The notes beneath the pieces were generated by a model. It was not told the DNA's origin. It made no database searches and saw nothing but the letters and a program-made list of their open reading frames with translations. 64,000 nt of DNA, taken from positions 12,699 through 76,698 of the forward strand of contig SOKL01000115.1 in assembly GCA_004376265.1 (NCBI GenBank), in the 5' to 3' direction. The translations under genes were made by a program, and so were the position numbers. Below are positions 56,173 to 64,000 of the stretch, piece by piece. The stretch comes from Candidatus Thorarchaeota archaeon (lineage in GTDB: Archaea > Asgardarchaeota > Thorarchaeia > Thorarchaeales > Thorarchaeaceae). Numbering within the stretch: position 1 is the stretch's first letter; each line of letters starts with the position of its first letter.

Positions 56173-57735
56173 TTATTTCTTTTCACCTATTCTATAGGAC
56201 TCAGCAAGAAGGTCGGGAATATACCTAACCTTCATCTCAGTGCCCTTCATCATATCATTAATCTGGATTGTACAGAAGGGACACTCGGTGGTCACCATGT
56301 CAGCACCGGTTGCTTCAATGTACTCCTTCTTTGTATTGGCGATCTTCTGGGATAATTCACGATTACCAGCACGGACTCCGCCACCTGCACCACAACAACG
56401 ATTCTTGTAGGGATCATCGATGTATTCCACTCCGGGAATTAGTTTGAGGAGCTCGATTGGCTCTTCATAGACATGTTGACCCCTGCCTAGGTGACAGGGT
56501 TCATGATAGGTGATCTTCATCTTAATCTCACCCTTTGGCGGGACTATGTTCTCCTTACCAATTGTGTGAATCATGTATTCAGCCATGTCATGGACCTTGT
56601 AAAGTGGCGGTTCACCACGCTCTTCCTCAATGAAAGGTCGATGGTCTTCACGGAGAGTCTTCCCGCAACCTGCACAAGCAACTACTACTGTGTCACAATC
56701 GTACTTCTTACAGGCCTCTTCAAATATCTCAGTGACCCTTCGTGCAGCAGCATGAGCAGTGTTGAGGTCTCCAGTCCTGAACGCTGGACTCGCGCAGCAC
56801 CACTGTTCCTTTGGAACTACTACATCGACCTTATTGCGGTTCAAGACATCAATCAATGCTTTCCCAGTGTTCTGCATCCGGTAGTCTATGAGACAGCCTG
56901 TGAAAAAGGCAACTCGCCCACGCGGATTTTCCACAAAGAACTCTGCATCTTCCACCTCTTTGAGAAGTGGAACATCCTTTACGGGCACTGCCCTGCCGGT
57001 TTCCTTAATGGAGTCAAGAAATGCTTGTTGGCCTTCAGCTAATGGATAGCCAGCTTCGACTGCTTTCGCTCGAAGAAGCTCAACAGCTAAAGCGGGAATG
57101 TCTATCTTTTTTGGACAAATATCAGTACACATCTTACATGTTGTACATGAATAGACTGCCTCGTTCATTGCCATTGCAACACGGTCTTCAACATCTCGAG
57201 GATCGAGTTCCAAGCGAGCAATCTGGCGAATAATCATTGGACCAGGATATTCCCAAGTTTCATGGACAATTGGACAGTTGGATAGACATGCACTACACTC
57301 GATGCATTTCCGAATCTCACGAAGTTTCTCAATCTCTTCGGCATGCATGATTTCTGGGTGTTGAGGTTGTTTATCACGTGCAACATAGGGTCGGATTCGT
57401 CTGATTCGATAGGTTGTTTGAGCCATATCATTGACCAAGTCCTTGATGATGGGCATCTTCTCGAGGGGCTCGAGAACTAGGTCTTCCTCAGGATCGACTT
57501 TAGTTCGACATGCGATTCGAGCTGTGTTATTGACCTTAACTGCACAAGAACCACACTGGCCACCTCTGCATTCCCAACGGAATGCTAGGCTTGAATCGAA
57601 CTTATCCTGAATATAGAGCAAAATGTCAAGAACAGTCATTCCAGGCTCGTATTCTACATCGAAATCTTGGAAGTACGGTGCATCATCGCTGTCTGGATTG
57701 TATCGCTGCACGCTTGTTTTGATTGTCTTTGTCAT
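56173..57735 (-). CDS. tfrB: fumarate reductase/succinate dehydrogenase Fe-S subunit fused to CCG (HdrD-like) domains (TfrB-like)
   Basis: N-terminal 2Fe-2S (CRGGQCGSCAV), then CIECSACLSNCP and CTTCKMCTDICP, then two CCG-type Cys-rich modules (..WCCASP.., ..RCCGAGGG..CPFC). Confidence 0.85.
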   Translation of the reverse strand: MTKTIKTSVQRYNPDSDDAPYFQDFDVEYEPGMTVLDILLYIQDKFDSSLAFRWECRGGQCGSCAVKVNNTARIACRTKVDPEEDLVLEPLEKMPIIKDLVNDMAQTTYRIRRIRPYVARDKQPQHPEIMHAEEIEKLREIRKCIECSACLSNCPIVHETWEYPGPMIIRQIARLELDPRDVEDRVAMAMNEAVYSCTTCKMCTDICPKKIDIPALAVELLRAKAVEAGYPLAEGQQAFLDSIKETGRAVPVKDVPLLKEVEDAEFFVENPRGRVAFFTGCLIDYRMQNTGKALIDVLNRNKVDVVVPKEQWCCASPAFRTGDLNTAHAAARRVTEIFEEACKKYDCDTVVVACAGCGKTLREDHRPFIEEERGEPPLYKVHDMAEYMIHTIGKENIVPPKGEIKMKITYHEPCHLGRGQHVYEEPIELLKLIPGVEYIDDPYKNRCCGAGGGVRAGNRELSQKIANTKKEYIEATGADMVTTECPFCTIQINDMMKGTEMKVRYIPDLLAESYRIGEKK

Positions 57736-57747
57736 CTTGTGGCCTCC

Positions 57748-59436
57748 TTATGGTGGTGTAATCTTTGTGGCCACAACGTCTTCCTTTCGCAGATCCATCT
57801 TGCCATCCTTACCCTTGCGAATGACGATATTGTAATAGCCCTTATCATTGGGGTCATCATCAACTCGGTAGTGAGCACCTCTGCTACCCTTTCTCATGAC
57901 TGCAGCCTCAGCAACCATTCTTGCTGTAGTCACCATGTTAACAAATTCCATAGCCTGATGCCATCCAGGGTTGAACCGTTTCACAGGAACATCGACCTTG
58001 ATCTTGGGTACCACTTCTTTCTCTATTCGTCTGAGTTCTTTGACTGCATACTGCATGTCATCTTCCTTTCTGAAGATTTGGACCTTAGCCCACATGAGTT
58101 CGGTGAGCTCACTACGAGCGTCTGCAGGAGAGATGCCTTCCTTACGTTTGAGCATAGCTTCAAGCCTCTCAAATTCGTTCTTAATCTCCTCACGGTTAAC
58201 GCCCAGATTGTCGGTTTCCTTGGCATACTTTGCTGCATTTTCACCAGATAATGCGCCAAATACCTGAGTGTCTGCAAGTGCATTTCCCCCGAGTCTGTTT
58301 CCACCATGGACTCCACCTGTACATTCACCAGAAGCGAAGAGTCCAGGAATATTTGTGCCTGAGTTCTCGTCAATCTTGATGCCCCCCATGAAATGGTGGG
58401 CAGTTGGTGAAACCTGCATTGGTTCTTCGCGGATATCAACTCCAGCGTCTTCAAACTGTTCGATCATACTCTCCAATCTGAATTCAATAATTGAATGTGG
58501 AAGGTGTGATATGCTTAGATAGACCCCTCCATCCGGAGTACCCCTTCCTTCTAGAACTTCAGTCATGATTGATCGTGCAACCTGATCACGACCTGCAAGC
58601 TCCATGACCTCTGGATAATATCGGTTCATGAAACGCTCGCCCTTGCTGTTCAAAAGAATGCCTCCCTCTCCCCGAACAGCTTCAGTGACCAAGCGTCCTT
58701 TGGCAGATTCAGGTTTGACCATTCCTGTGGGATGGAACTGGATCATCTCCATGTCTATCATTTCACAACCAGTCTCATAGGCCATTCCATATCCGTCGCC
58801 AACATCCAACTGTGCGTTACTAGTGACACTGAAGATTCGACCAGCACCACCTGTAGCCATGACAACAGATTTTGCACGGAATACTAGGTAGTCACCATAT
58901 TTGAGGTCCACAGCACAGACACCAGATATCTTACCATCCTTGACTAGGAGTCTAGTAGCAAACACCTCATCAAACACCCTAACTGCAGTCTTGCGGATAC
59001 CCTCCGTGAGAGTGACCATTATCTCAGAACCTGTTCTATCAGATGCATAGGCAGTTCTACGCCAGCTCTGTTTTCCGAACACTCTCTGAGCAATCTTACC
59101 CTCAGGAGTCCTATCGAAGACCGCACCCATATCCTCTAAATCGAAGATTCTCTGTGGGGCATCCCTCACTAGAATTTCTGCAAGTTTCTGATCGTTTAGA
59201 TAATTGCCACCCACAATAGTGTCCTTGAAGTGAGTTTCAGGATCGTCATCTGGGTCTACATTGCCCAGGGATACATTGTAACCGCCCTCGGCCATGGCAG
59301 TGTGTGCCTTTCCGAGTAACTCCTTGCTAAGCATGATAACGTCCAGATTGTGATTTGAGGCTTCAATTGCTGCGCGGCAACCAGCACCGCCAGCACCTAC
59401 AACGAGAACATCGCACATTATGGTCTTGTAGTCCAA
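57748..59436 (-). CDS. tfrA: fumarate reductase/succinate dehydrogenase flavoprotein subunit (TfrA/SdhA-like)
   Basis: VLVVGAGGAG, QFHPTGM, GGNRLGGNAL. The start is TTG 59436 or ATG 59418. Confidence 0.92.
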   Translation of the reverse strand: MDYKTIMCDVLVVGAGGAGCRAAIEASNHNLDVIMLSKELLGKAHTAMAEGGYNVSLGNVDPDDDPETHFKDTIVGGNYLNDQKLAEILVRDAPQRIFDLEDMGAVFDRTPEGKIAQRVFGKQSWRRTAYASDRTGSEIMVTLTEGIRKTAVRVFDEVFATRLLVKDGKISGVCAVDLKYGDYLVFRAKSVVMATGGAGRIFSVTSNAQLDVGDGYGMAYETGCEMIDMEMIQFHPTGMVKPESAKGRLVTEAVRGEGGILLNSKGERFMNRYYPEVMELAGRDQVARSIMTEVLEGRGTPDGGVYLSISHLPHSIIEFRLESMIEQFEDAGVDIREEPMQVSPTAHHFMGGIKIDENSGTNIPGLFASGECTGGVHGGNRLGGNALADTQVFGALSGENAAKYAKETDNLGVNREEIKNEFERLEAMLKRKEGISPADARSELTELMWAKVQIFRKEDDMQYAVKELRRIEKEVVPKIKVDVPVKRFNPGWHQAMEFVNMVTTARMVAEAAVMRKGSRGAHYRVDDDPNDKGYYNIVIRKGKDGKMDLRKEDVVATKITPP

Positions 59437-59562
59437 CTGCAGTCCTCCAGTGGAGAGCTTTCTCCTTGGTTAAGTCCGTCGGGGCTGGAGCTTCTCTTTA
59501 AGAGTTACTGTTGTGCTACAGAGAAAGGATAGAGGAAGACCGAGGTTCGCCTAGAATTGTAA

Positions 59563-60171
59563 TCACTCTTTGACTCCGATTTTAGCATAAACATCTGCTT
59601 TTCGACTTGCAACAATCTTGTCCATGTCATCGTGCATACTGTTTCCATGTGAGTCCATTGTGACTAGTAGAGGTCCAAACTCCTCAGCGGTGATTACCCA
59701 TAGTGCCTCTGGCATCCCAAGATCAGACCATTCGTAGGCCCGTACTTCTTTCAAACTTTTTGCAGCCAAAGCGCCACATCCACCAGTGTAGCTACAGTAT
59801 ACAGAGCCGACTTCTTTCAGAGCGTCTAGAGTCTTCTTTCCCATACCACCCTTTCCGACAAGTATCCGAGCCTTGTACTTTCGAAGGAACTCATCCTCAA
59901 ACAGCTCCATTCTGATACTGGTGGTGGGTCCAGCAGAAACAATCTTCCATTTTCCTTCCTTTTGCCAGGCTACGGGACCGACGTGATAAATGACACTACC
60001 TTCAAAATCCACAGGAGGTTTCTCACCCTTTTCGAACATGTGGAGAGCTCGTTCATGGGCCTCGTCACGAGCCGTGTATACATGCTCGCCAGTGACATAA
60101 ACTACGTCACCAACCTTCAATTTACGGGCATCTTCTTCAGAGATGGGGGTTGTCAAGTGATATTCTGCCAA
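59563..60171 (-). CDS. class I (Fe-S) fumarate hydratase beta subunit
   Basis: LKVGDVVYVTGEHVYTARDEAHERAL, ..GKGGMG.. is typical of the Fe-S hydro-lyase beta/C-terminal domain. TTG start. Confidence 0.88.
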   Translation of the reverse strand: MAEYHLTTPISEEDARKLKVGDVVYVTGEHVYTARDEAHERALHMFEKGEKPPVDFEGSVIYHVGPVAWQKEGKWKIVSAGPTTSIRMELFEDEFLRKYKARILVGKGGMGKKTLDALKEVGSVYCSYTGGCGALAAKSLKEVRAYEWSDLGMPEALWVITAEEFGPLLVTMDSHGNSMHDDMDKIVASRKADVYAKIGVKE

Positions 60172-60172
60172 C

Positions 60173-61060
60173 TTAATTTCCCTCCAAGGGGTGTGTCAAA
60201 TATGTGACCTTCAGATCTTTCGTGATTATTGCAGTACTCTTTCGAGCAGCCCAACATTGGACAGCTACACCAACGGGTAAGCTGGCTGGATGACGCATTG
60301 CGTAGTCGACCTTTACACCAAGAACTGTTGTCTTTCCCCCAAGACCCATGGGTCCAATCCCAGTGGAATTGATGGCATCTATGAGCTCCTCTTCTATCTT
60401 GGCAACTTCTGGTTCTGGGTGTTTGTCGTTAAGTGGTCGGAGGAGTTGTTGCTTTGCAATCTTGATGGCGATATCTGAACCACCCCCAATGCCCACACCG
60501 ATGATATTGGGAGAGCATGCCTTGCCCATGTAGGAAAGCACATTGTCAACTACTAACTTCTTCACACCTGTGAGTCCAACACCGGGTTTGAGCATTCCAA
60601 CGATACTGACGTTCTCACTACCTCCTCCTTTTGGAAATGCGGTGATTTCTACAGAGTCACCATCAACAAGCTCCCAGTTTATCCATGGAATCTTCACACC
60701 AGTGTTGTCGCCTGAGTTACCACCAACGATTGGATTGACAGCATTTGGTCGGATTGGGACTTCAATAGTTGCCTTTCGGCTGGCATTAGTGAGAGCTTCT
60801 TTAATCTCTCCCATGAAAGGGAACTTAGCACCAACTTTGACGTAGAAGATCATTATTCCTGTGTCTTGACACATTGGAACACCGGTCTCTGCAATGTCAA
60901 GATTTGTCAGAATGGCAGAGAACTGGGTCTTTGCGGTTTCATCTGTTTCATTCTTGCTAGCAGCTATAAGAGCTGTTTTGATGTCAGAAGGGAGCTTGGT
61001 GACTGCCATTTTCAACAGACGAAATGTAGTATCATGAATTACTTGGTACGGATCTTCCAT
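60173..61060 (-). CDS. class I (Fe-S) fumarate hydratase alpha subunit
   Basis: ..PMCQDTGIMIFYVKVG.., ..FPKGGGSEN.. Its stop lies 1 nt before the beta-subunit start. ATG 61060 is preferred. Confidence 0.88.
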   Translation of the reverse strand: MEDPYQVIHDTTFRLLKMAVTKLPSDIKTALIAASKNETDETAKTQFSAILTNLDIAETGVPMCQDTGIMIFYVKVGAKFPFMGEIKEALTNASRKATIEVPIRPNAVNPIVGGNSGDNTGVKIPWINWELVDGDSVEITAFPKGGGSENVSIVGMLKPGVGLTGVKKLVVDNVLSYMGKACSPNIIGVGIGGGSDIAIKIAKQQLLRPLNDKHPEPEVAKIEEELIDAINSTGIGPMGLGGKTTVLGVKVDYAMRHPASLPVGVAVQCWAARKSTAIITKDLKVTYLTHPLEGN

Positions 61061-61219
61061 TTGATCAGCCTCTGAACAGTGAATTCGTGAGGTACGAGAA
61101 ATCGTCCTACACACAGGCCGCGGAAACAAACGGGTGCTTAATCTGTGTTACTATCAAGCCCAAAGGCTATGACTATAAACGAGTGTGACTAGATGATAAA
61201 AGTGGGAGTCTGATTATCG

Positions 61220-61603
61220 GTGGTTCTCAACTTCACAGTGATGTCCATTGCATCATTTCTTACTATCATCACACTCCTTGTCATTTATTCTATCCTCGAT
61301 ATTCGTGACCGCAAAGTGAAGAACGAGATTGTATTGATTGGTGGTGTCGTAGGCTGTTTGATTTTAGTCCTTACCGAGCATTTCGTACACAATACAGTAC
61401 TGCACTTGTCCGCTCTGTTGCTTGTTGTATCAATATCTTACATTCTGTTTAGAATTGGCTCAATTGGAGGGGCAGATGCTAAAGTCTTGTTCACTATTGC
61501 ACTCATGAGTCCAGGTATTGAACTGGGAGCTTGGAGTCAACCAGTTCTTGAAGCCATCATTGGACTTGGAGGGGAATTGTTTGTGCTGCTTCTCGGCGGC
61601 TAG
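61220..61603 (+). CDS. A24-family prepilin/preflagellin peptidase-like membrane protein, ended by a TAG that is followed in-frame by 31 more plausible codons
   Basis: The two catalytic-Asp contexts SILDIRDRKV and IGGADAKVL are present. After TAG 61601-61603 the same frame continues to 61699 as LYWSDKGRKRTPPMITSLFIGYLIVQLFALF. Confidence 0.7.
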   Translation: MVLNFTVMSIASFLTIITLLVIYSILDIRDRKVKNEIVLIGGVVGCLILVLTEHFVHNTVLHLSALLLVVSISYILFRIGSIGGADAKVLFTIALMSPGIELGAWSQPVLEAIIGLGGELFVLLLGG

Positions 61604-61739
61604 CTCTATTGGAGTGACAAAGGCAGAAAGCGCACACCGCCGATGATCACAAGTCTCTTCATAGGTTATCTTATTGTGCAGCTGTTTGCTCTATTCTAGA
61701 CATTTTTACTGCTGGATAGAACATTTGCAGGAATCAGAT

Positions 61740-62087
61740 TCAAAGGAGTAAAGCTGGCGGAATCACGAAAGCATAGATCAATGTCCAAAACACGACCCAA
61801 AGCATCAGAAATGAAGGTAGAGAGTTTGTAATCATCTTCTGGGTTCCGCCCATCATTTCAGGTTCAATATCCAGAAGATAACGAATCACTAAAAGAGCTA
61901 GGACATACATAAGAAAACCAAAGAGGACTCCACGTGTACCAGCAAACTCCCGTCCTCCGAATCCACAGACCAGAGCGCTAATCATCGCCAAGAAAATCTT
62001 CACATAGTACTGTTGGTCATTGGGCGTATCAGCCCATCGACCGAACATGCGGTTGGCGACGTTCTTAAGCGGTGTGAGGTCCATCAT
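61740..62087 (-). CDS. small two/three-TM membrane protein, possibly EMC6/Rab5ip-like
   Basis: 115 aa. ..MISALVCGFGG...GVLFGFLMYVLALLVI... and ..FLMLWVVFWTLIYAFV resemble human EMC6 by recall (..SVSALSGATAG..GFIFYLLASVLL.. / ..FTYVLFWTFLYGMV). Confidence 0.6.
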   Translation of the reverse strand: MMDLTPLKNVANRMFGRWADTPNDQQYYVKIFLAMISALVCGFGGREFAGTRGVLFGFLMYVLALLVIRYLLDIEPEMMGGTQKMITNSLPSFLMLWVVFWTLIYAFVIPPALLL

Positions 62088-62174
62088 GATTCACTGCCTG
62101 AATAAGGCAAGTTCAATCGACGATGTTATAATCATGTCGGTTTGTTTGCGAGATGAAATGACATGAAGAACTCG

Positions 62175-64000
62175 ATGAGTAATGTTGACATTCGACTCAT
62201 TCTACCAGAACTGCGTGAGGTTGCAGAAGGTGCCTTCATCAAGAATGTCTACCAGTATCGGGACATCTTTACGCTCAAACTCTACAAGCCAGGCGGAGGT
62301 ACGTCACAACTTCTTATTCAACCAAGTCATCGGATTCATCTCACCGAGTATGCACGAAAAGCTCCACGAGTTCCCCCAAAATTCTGTACAGTTCTGAGAA
62401 AGTATCTAAGAGACAAGCGGGTTCTATCCGTGAAGCAACACGAACTGGACCGAATTATCATCATTGAGATAGGGGATGAAGAGAGCTCCTACAAGCTTGT
62501 TGCAGAGTTATTTGGTAACGGAAACCTGCTTCTTTTGGATCCAGAAGACGTTATCTTCGTAGCAATGCGATACAAGAAGATGCGAGACCGGGATATTATG
62601 CCAAAGGCATTGTACGAGTTTCCACCCCCAAGAGGAACTGATGTTCTCACACTTGAGAAAGGAGCAATTGGAGGAGTAATTGAGGATTCCAATGCAAATA
62701 TCGTGAGAACGCTAGCTAGTCGGCTTAATCTCGATTCGTTGAGCTGCGAAGAAATCTGTGCCCTCTCAAAGGTCGCACCCAAGGTGATGACACCAGAGAT
62801 TGATAGTCAAACGCTTGCTGACTTAGAAGAAGGTTTCCAGAACTTCGTAGAGAAACTAAAGAAGGGGGTTAGTGAACCAAACATTGTACTTGATGATGAA
62901 CCTCCGGAAGATGAGGAACCTCAATTCATAGCATTCTTGCCATTTCGATTTGAATTGTATCAGGAACTACTAGCAGAAACCTTTGATCAATTCAGTCAAG
63001 CGATAGATGAGTTCTTTGGTGTTTCTGAGAGTGAACTCGAAGATGAGCAAGAGAAGGATGCACTCTCAAGGGAGCAGAAGAGACTGCAGAGGATAATTGA
63101 CAAACAGAATGAGGGTATTGAGAAGTTGGTTTCTAAGGCACAGATACTGAGAATCAATGGTGAGCTAATCTACTCGTTCTTCTCAGATGTTCAAGAAGTT
63201 CTGGAAACTGTTACGAAGGCAAGATCGGGAGGTCTTCCATGGGATGATATCATCAGCAGGATTGACGATGGTAGGAAGAAAGGCATATCATCTGCACAAC
63301 TGATTCAAAGAATTATCCCTTCACAGGGTCAGATTATCGTGAAATTGAACGATACAGATGTCACTCTGGATATTCGATTATCTGCTCAAGATAATGCTTC
63401 GCTGGCCTATGACCAAGCAAAGAAATCCGAATCAAAAGTTGAGGGAGCCAAGAAACAGATAGAGAAGACCAAAGAAAAGCTGGAGAAGATTGAGGTGAGT
63501 GCTTCAGAACCAAAAACGCCTCGAATTCGAGTTAAGACCCGAAAGAAACGGTGGTATGAAAAATTTCGTTGGTTCATTTCTTCAGAAGGCTTTCTTGTTC
63601 TTGGAGGTCGCGATGTCAAAAGCAACGAGAATCTAGCAAAAAGACAGATGGGGCCAAATGATGTCTTCTTGCATGCTGCATTACATGGTGCTCCCTATAC
63701 TGTAATCAAGGTGCCTGATGATCCACCTAGTGAGAGGACTCTTGAAGAGGCTGCACAGTTTGCGGTGTCCTTCTCAAGAGCATGGCAGGATGAACTTTCC
63801 AGTGGTGATGCGTACTGGGTCAATCCAGAGCAAGTCAGTTTCAGTCCACCTTCAGGTGAATACTTACCAACAGGGGCAGTGATGATCTATAAGTCGAAGA
63901 ATTATATTCGAAAGATGCCAATTGAGCTTGGAGTAGGAGTTTTACTTGAGGAGGAACATGCAATTCCTATGTCAGGTCCACCGTCTGCTGTAGCTGCCCA
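62175..64000 (+). CDS. NFACT-family protein (Rqc2/NEMF/FbpA homolog), 3' end beyond the window
   Basis: My own translation from ATG 62175 stays open to nt 64000. The N-terminus is MSNVDIRLILPELREVAEG..IHLTEYARKAPRVPPKFCTVLRKYLRDKRV..HELDRIIIIEIG (NFACT-N). A coiled coil follows, then KKRWYEKFRWFISSEGFLVLGGRDVKSNENLAKRQMGPNDVFLHAALHGAPYTVIK (NFACT-R/DUF814). Confidence 0.9.
   Translation, partial: MSNVDIRLILPELREVAEGAFIKNVYQYRDIFTLKLYKPGGGTSQLLIQPSHRIHLTEYARKAPRVPPKFCTVLRKYLRDKRVLSVKQHELDRIIIIEIGDEESSYKLVAELFGNGNLLLLDPEDVIFVAMRYKKMRDRDIMPKALYEFPPPRGTDVLTLEKGAIGGVIEDSNANIVRTLASRLNLDSLSCEEICALSKVAPKVMTPEIDSQTLADLEEGFQNFVEKLKKGVSEPNIVLDDEPPEDEEPQFIAFLPFRFELYQELLAETFDQFSQAIDEFFGVSESELEDEQEKDALSREQKRLQRIIDKQNEGIEKLVSKAQILRINGELIYSFFSDVQEVLETVTKARSGGLPWDDIISRIDDGRKKGISSAQLIQRIIPSQGQIIVKLNDTDVTLDIRLSAQDNASLAYDQAKKSESKVEGAKKQIEKTKEKLEKIEVSASEPKTPRIRVKTRKKRWYEKFRWFISSEGFLVLGGRDVKSNENLAKRQMGPNDVFLHAALHGAPYTVIKVPDDPPSERTLEEAAQFAVSFSRAWQDELSSGDAYWVNPEQVSFSPPSGEYLPTGAVMIYKSKNYIRKMPIELGVGVLLEEEHAIPMSGPPSAVAA

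Noticed and set aside
61601-61603. Reading the in-frame TAG of the A24 peptidase gene as pyrrolysine.
   Set aside because: There is no pyl gene or methylamine methyltransferase in the window. TAG is also clearly used as an ordinary terminator here, for example at the ends of the genes at 2349, 2838, 14291, 16918, 27606 and 28353. It is kept only as one of several possibilities in the finding.
62182-62397. The 71-aa ORF listed in the track.
   Set aside because: It is out of frame within the N-terminus of the NFACT gene, whose frame (from 62175) carries clear family motifs.
1-64000. I searched by eye for CRISPR arrays, rRNA, tRNA (T-arm GGTTCRAATCC-like motifs), transposases or integrases, and inteins in atpA, cdc48 and smc.
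   Set aside because: None was recognised. The protein lengths of atpA (603 aa), CDC48 and SMC are normal. A manual scan is weak for small RNAs, so absence is not proven.

Overview
This is a gene-dense archaeal chromosomal segment of about 60 protein genes. I found no rRNA, tRNA, CRISPR array or obvious mobile element by eye. All identifications come from motif and architecture recognition in the supplied translations. No homology search was run, and start codons are often uncertain.

**Core content**
- CDC48 (5' end cut by the window), Hef helicase/nuclease, SRP54, TrmY, a DRG-type GTPase and a TrmJ-like methyltransferase.
- Ribosomal proteins uL16, eL33 and eS8, deoxyhypusine synthase, SMC-ScpA-ScpB, HypE and HypA.
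- A-type ATPase subunits F, A and B.
- Fumarase alpha/beta plus a TfrAB-like fumarate reductase.
- A deoxyribose-phosphate aldolase / aldehyde:ferredoxin oxidoreductase operon.
- An NFACT/Rqc2 homolog that runs off the right edge and is missing from the ORF track.

**Most notable region (39.1-46.4 kb)**
- It holds an MglA-type small GTPase, four Roadblock/LC7 paralogs, and a zinc-ribbon / vWA / beta-sandwich protein whose order and local motifs resemble COPII Sec23/24.
- A deoxynucleoside kinase, UppS and an unrecognised 401-aa helical protein are interleaved.
- Together with the other eukaryote-like genes (DRG, NFACT, a possible EMC6-like protein), this suggests an Asgard-type archaeon, possibly Thorarchaeota-like. 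That assignment is inference only.

**Other oddities**
- The ATPase A and B genes are separated by a uracil-DNA glycosylase gene and a membrane-protein gene.
- A PUA/PAPS-reductase-like gene has a conserved-looking N-terminal zinc ribbon with no in-frame canonical start codon.
- An A24 prepilin-peptidase gene has an in-frame TAG followed by a plausible final transmembrane helix.
- A histone-H1-like Lys-rich tail is fused to HEAT repeats.
- There is a large LVIVD/TSP3-repeat surface protein.
- TTG and GTG start codons are very frequent.
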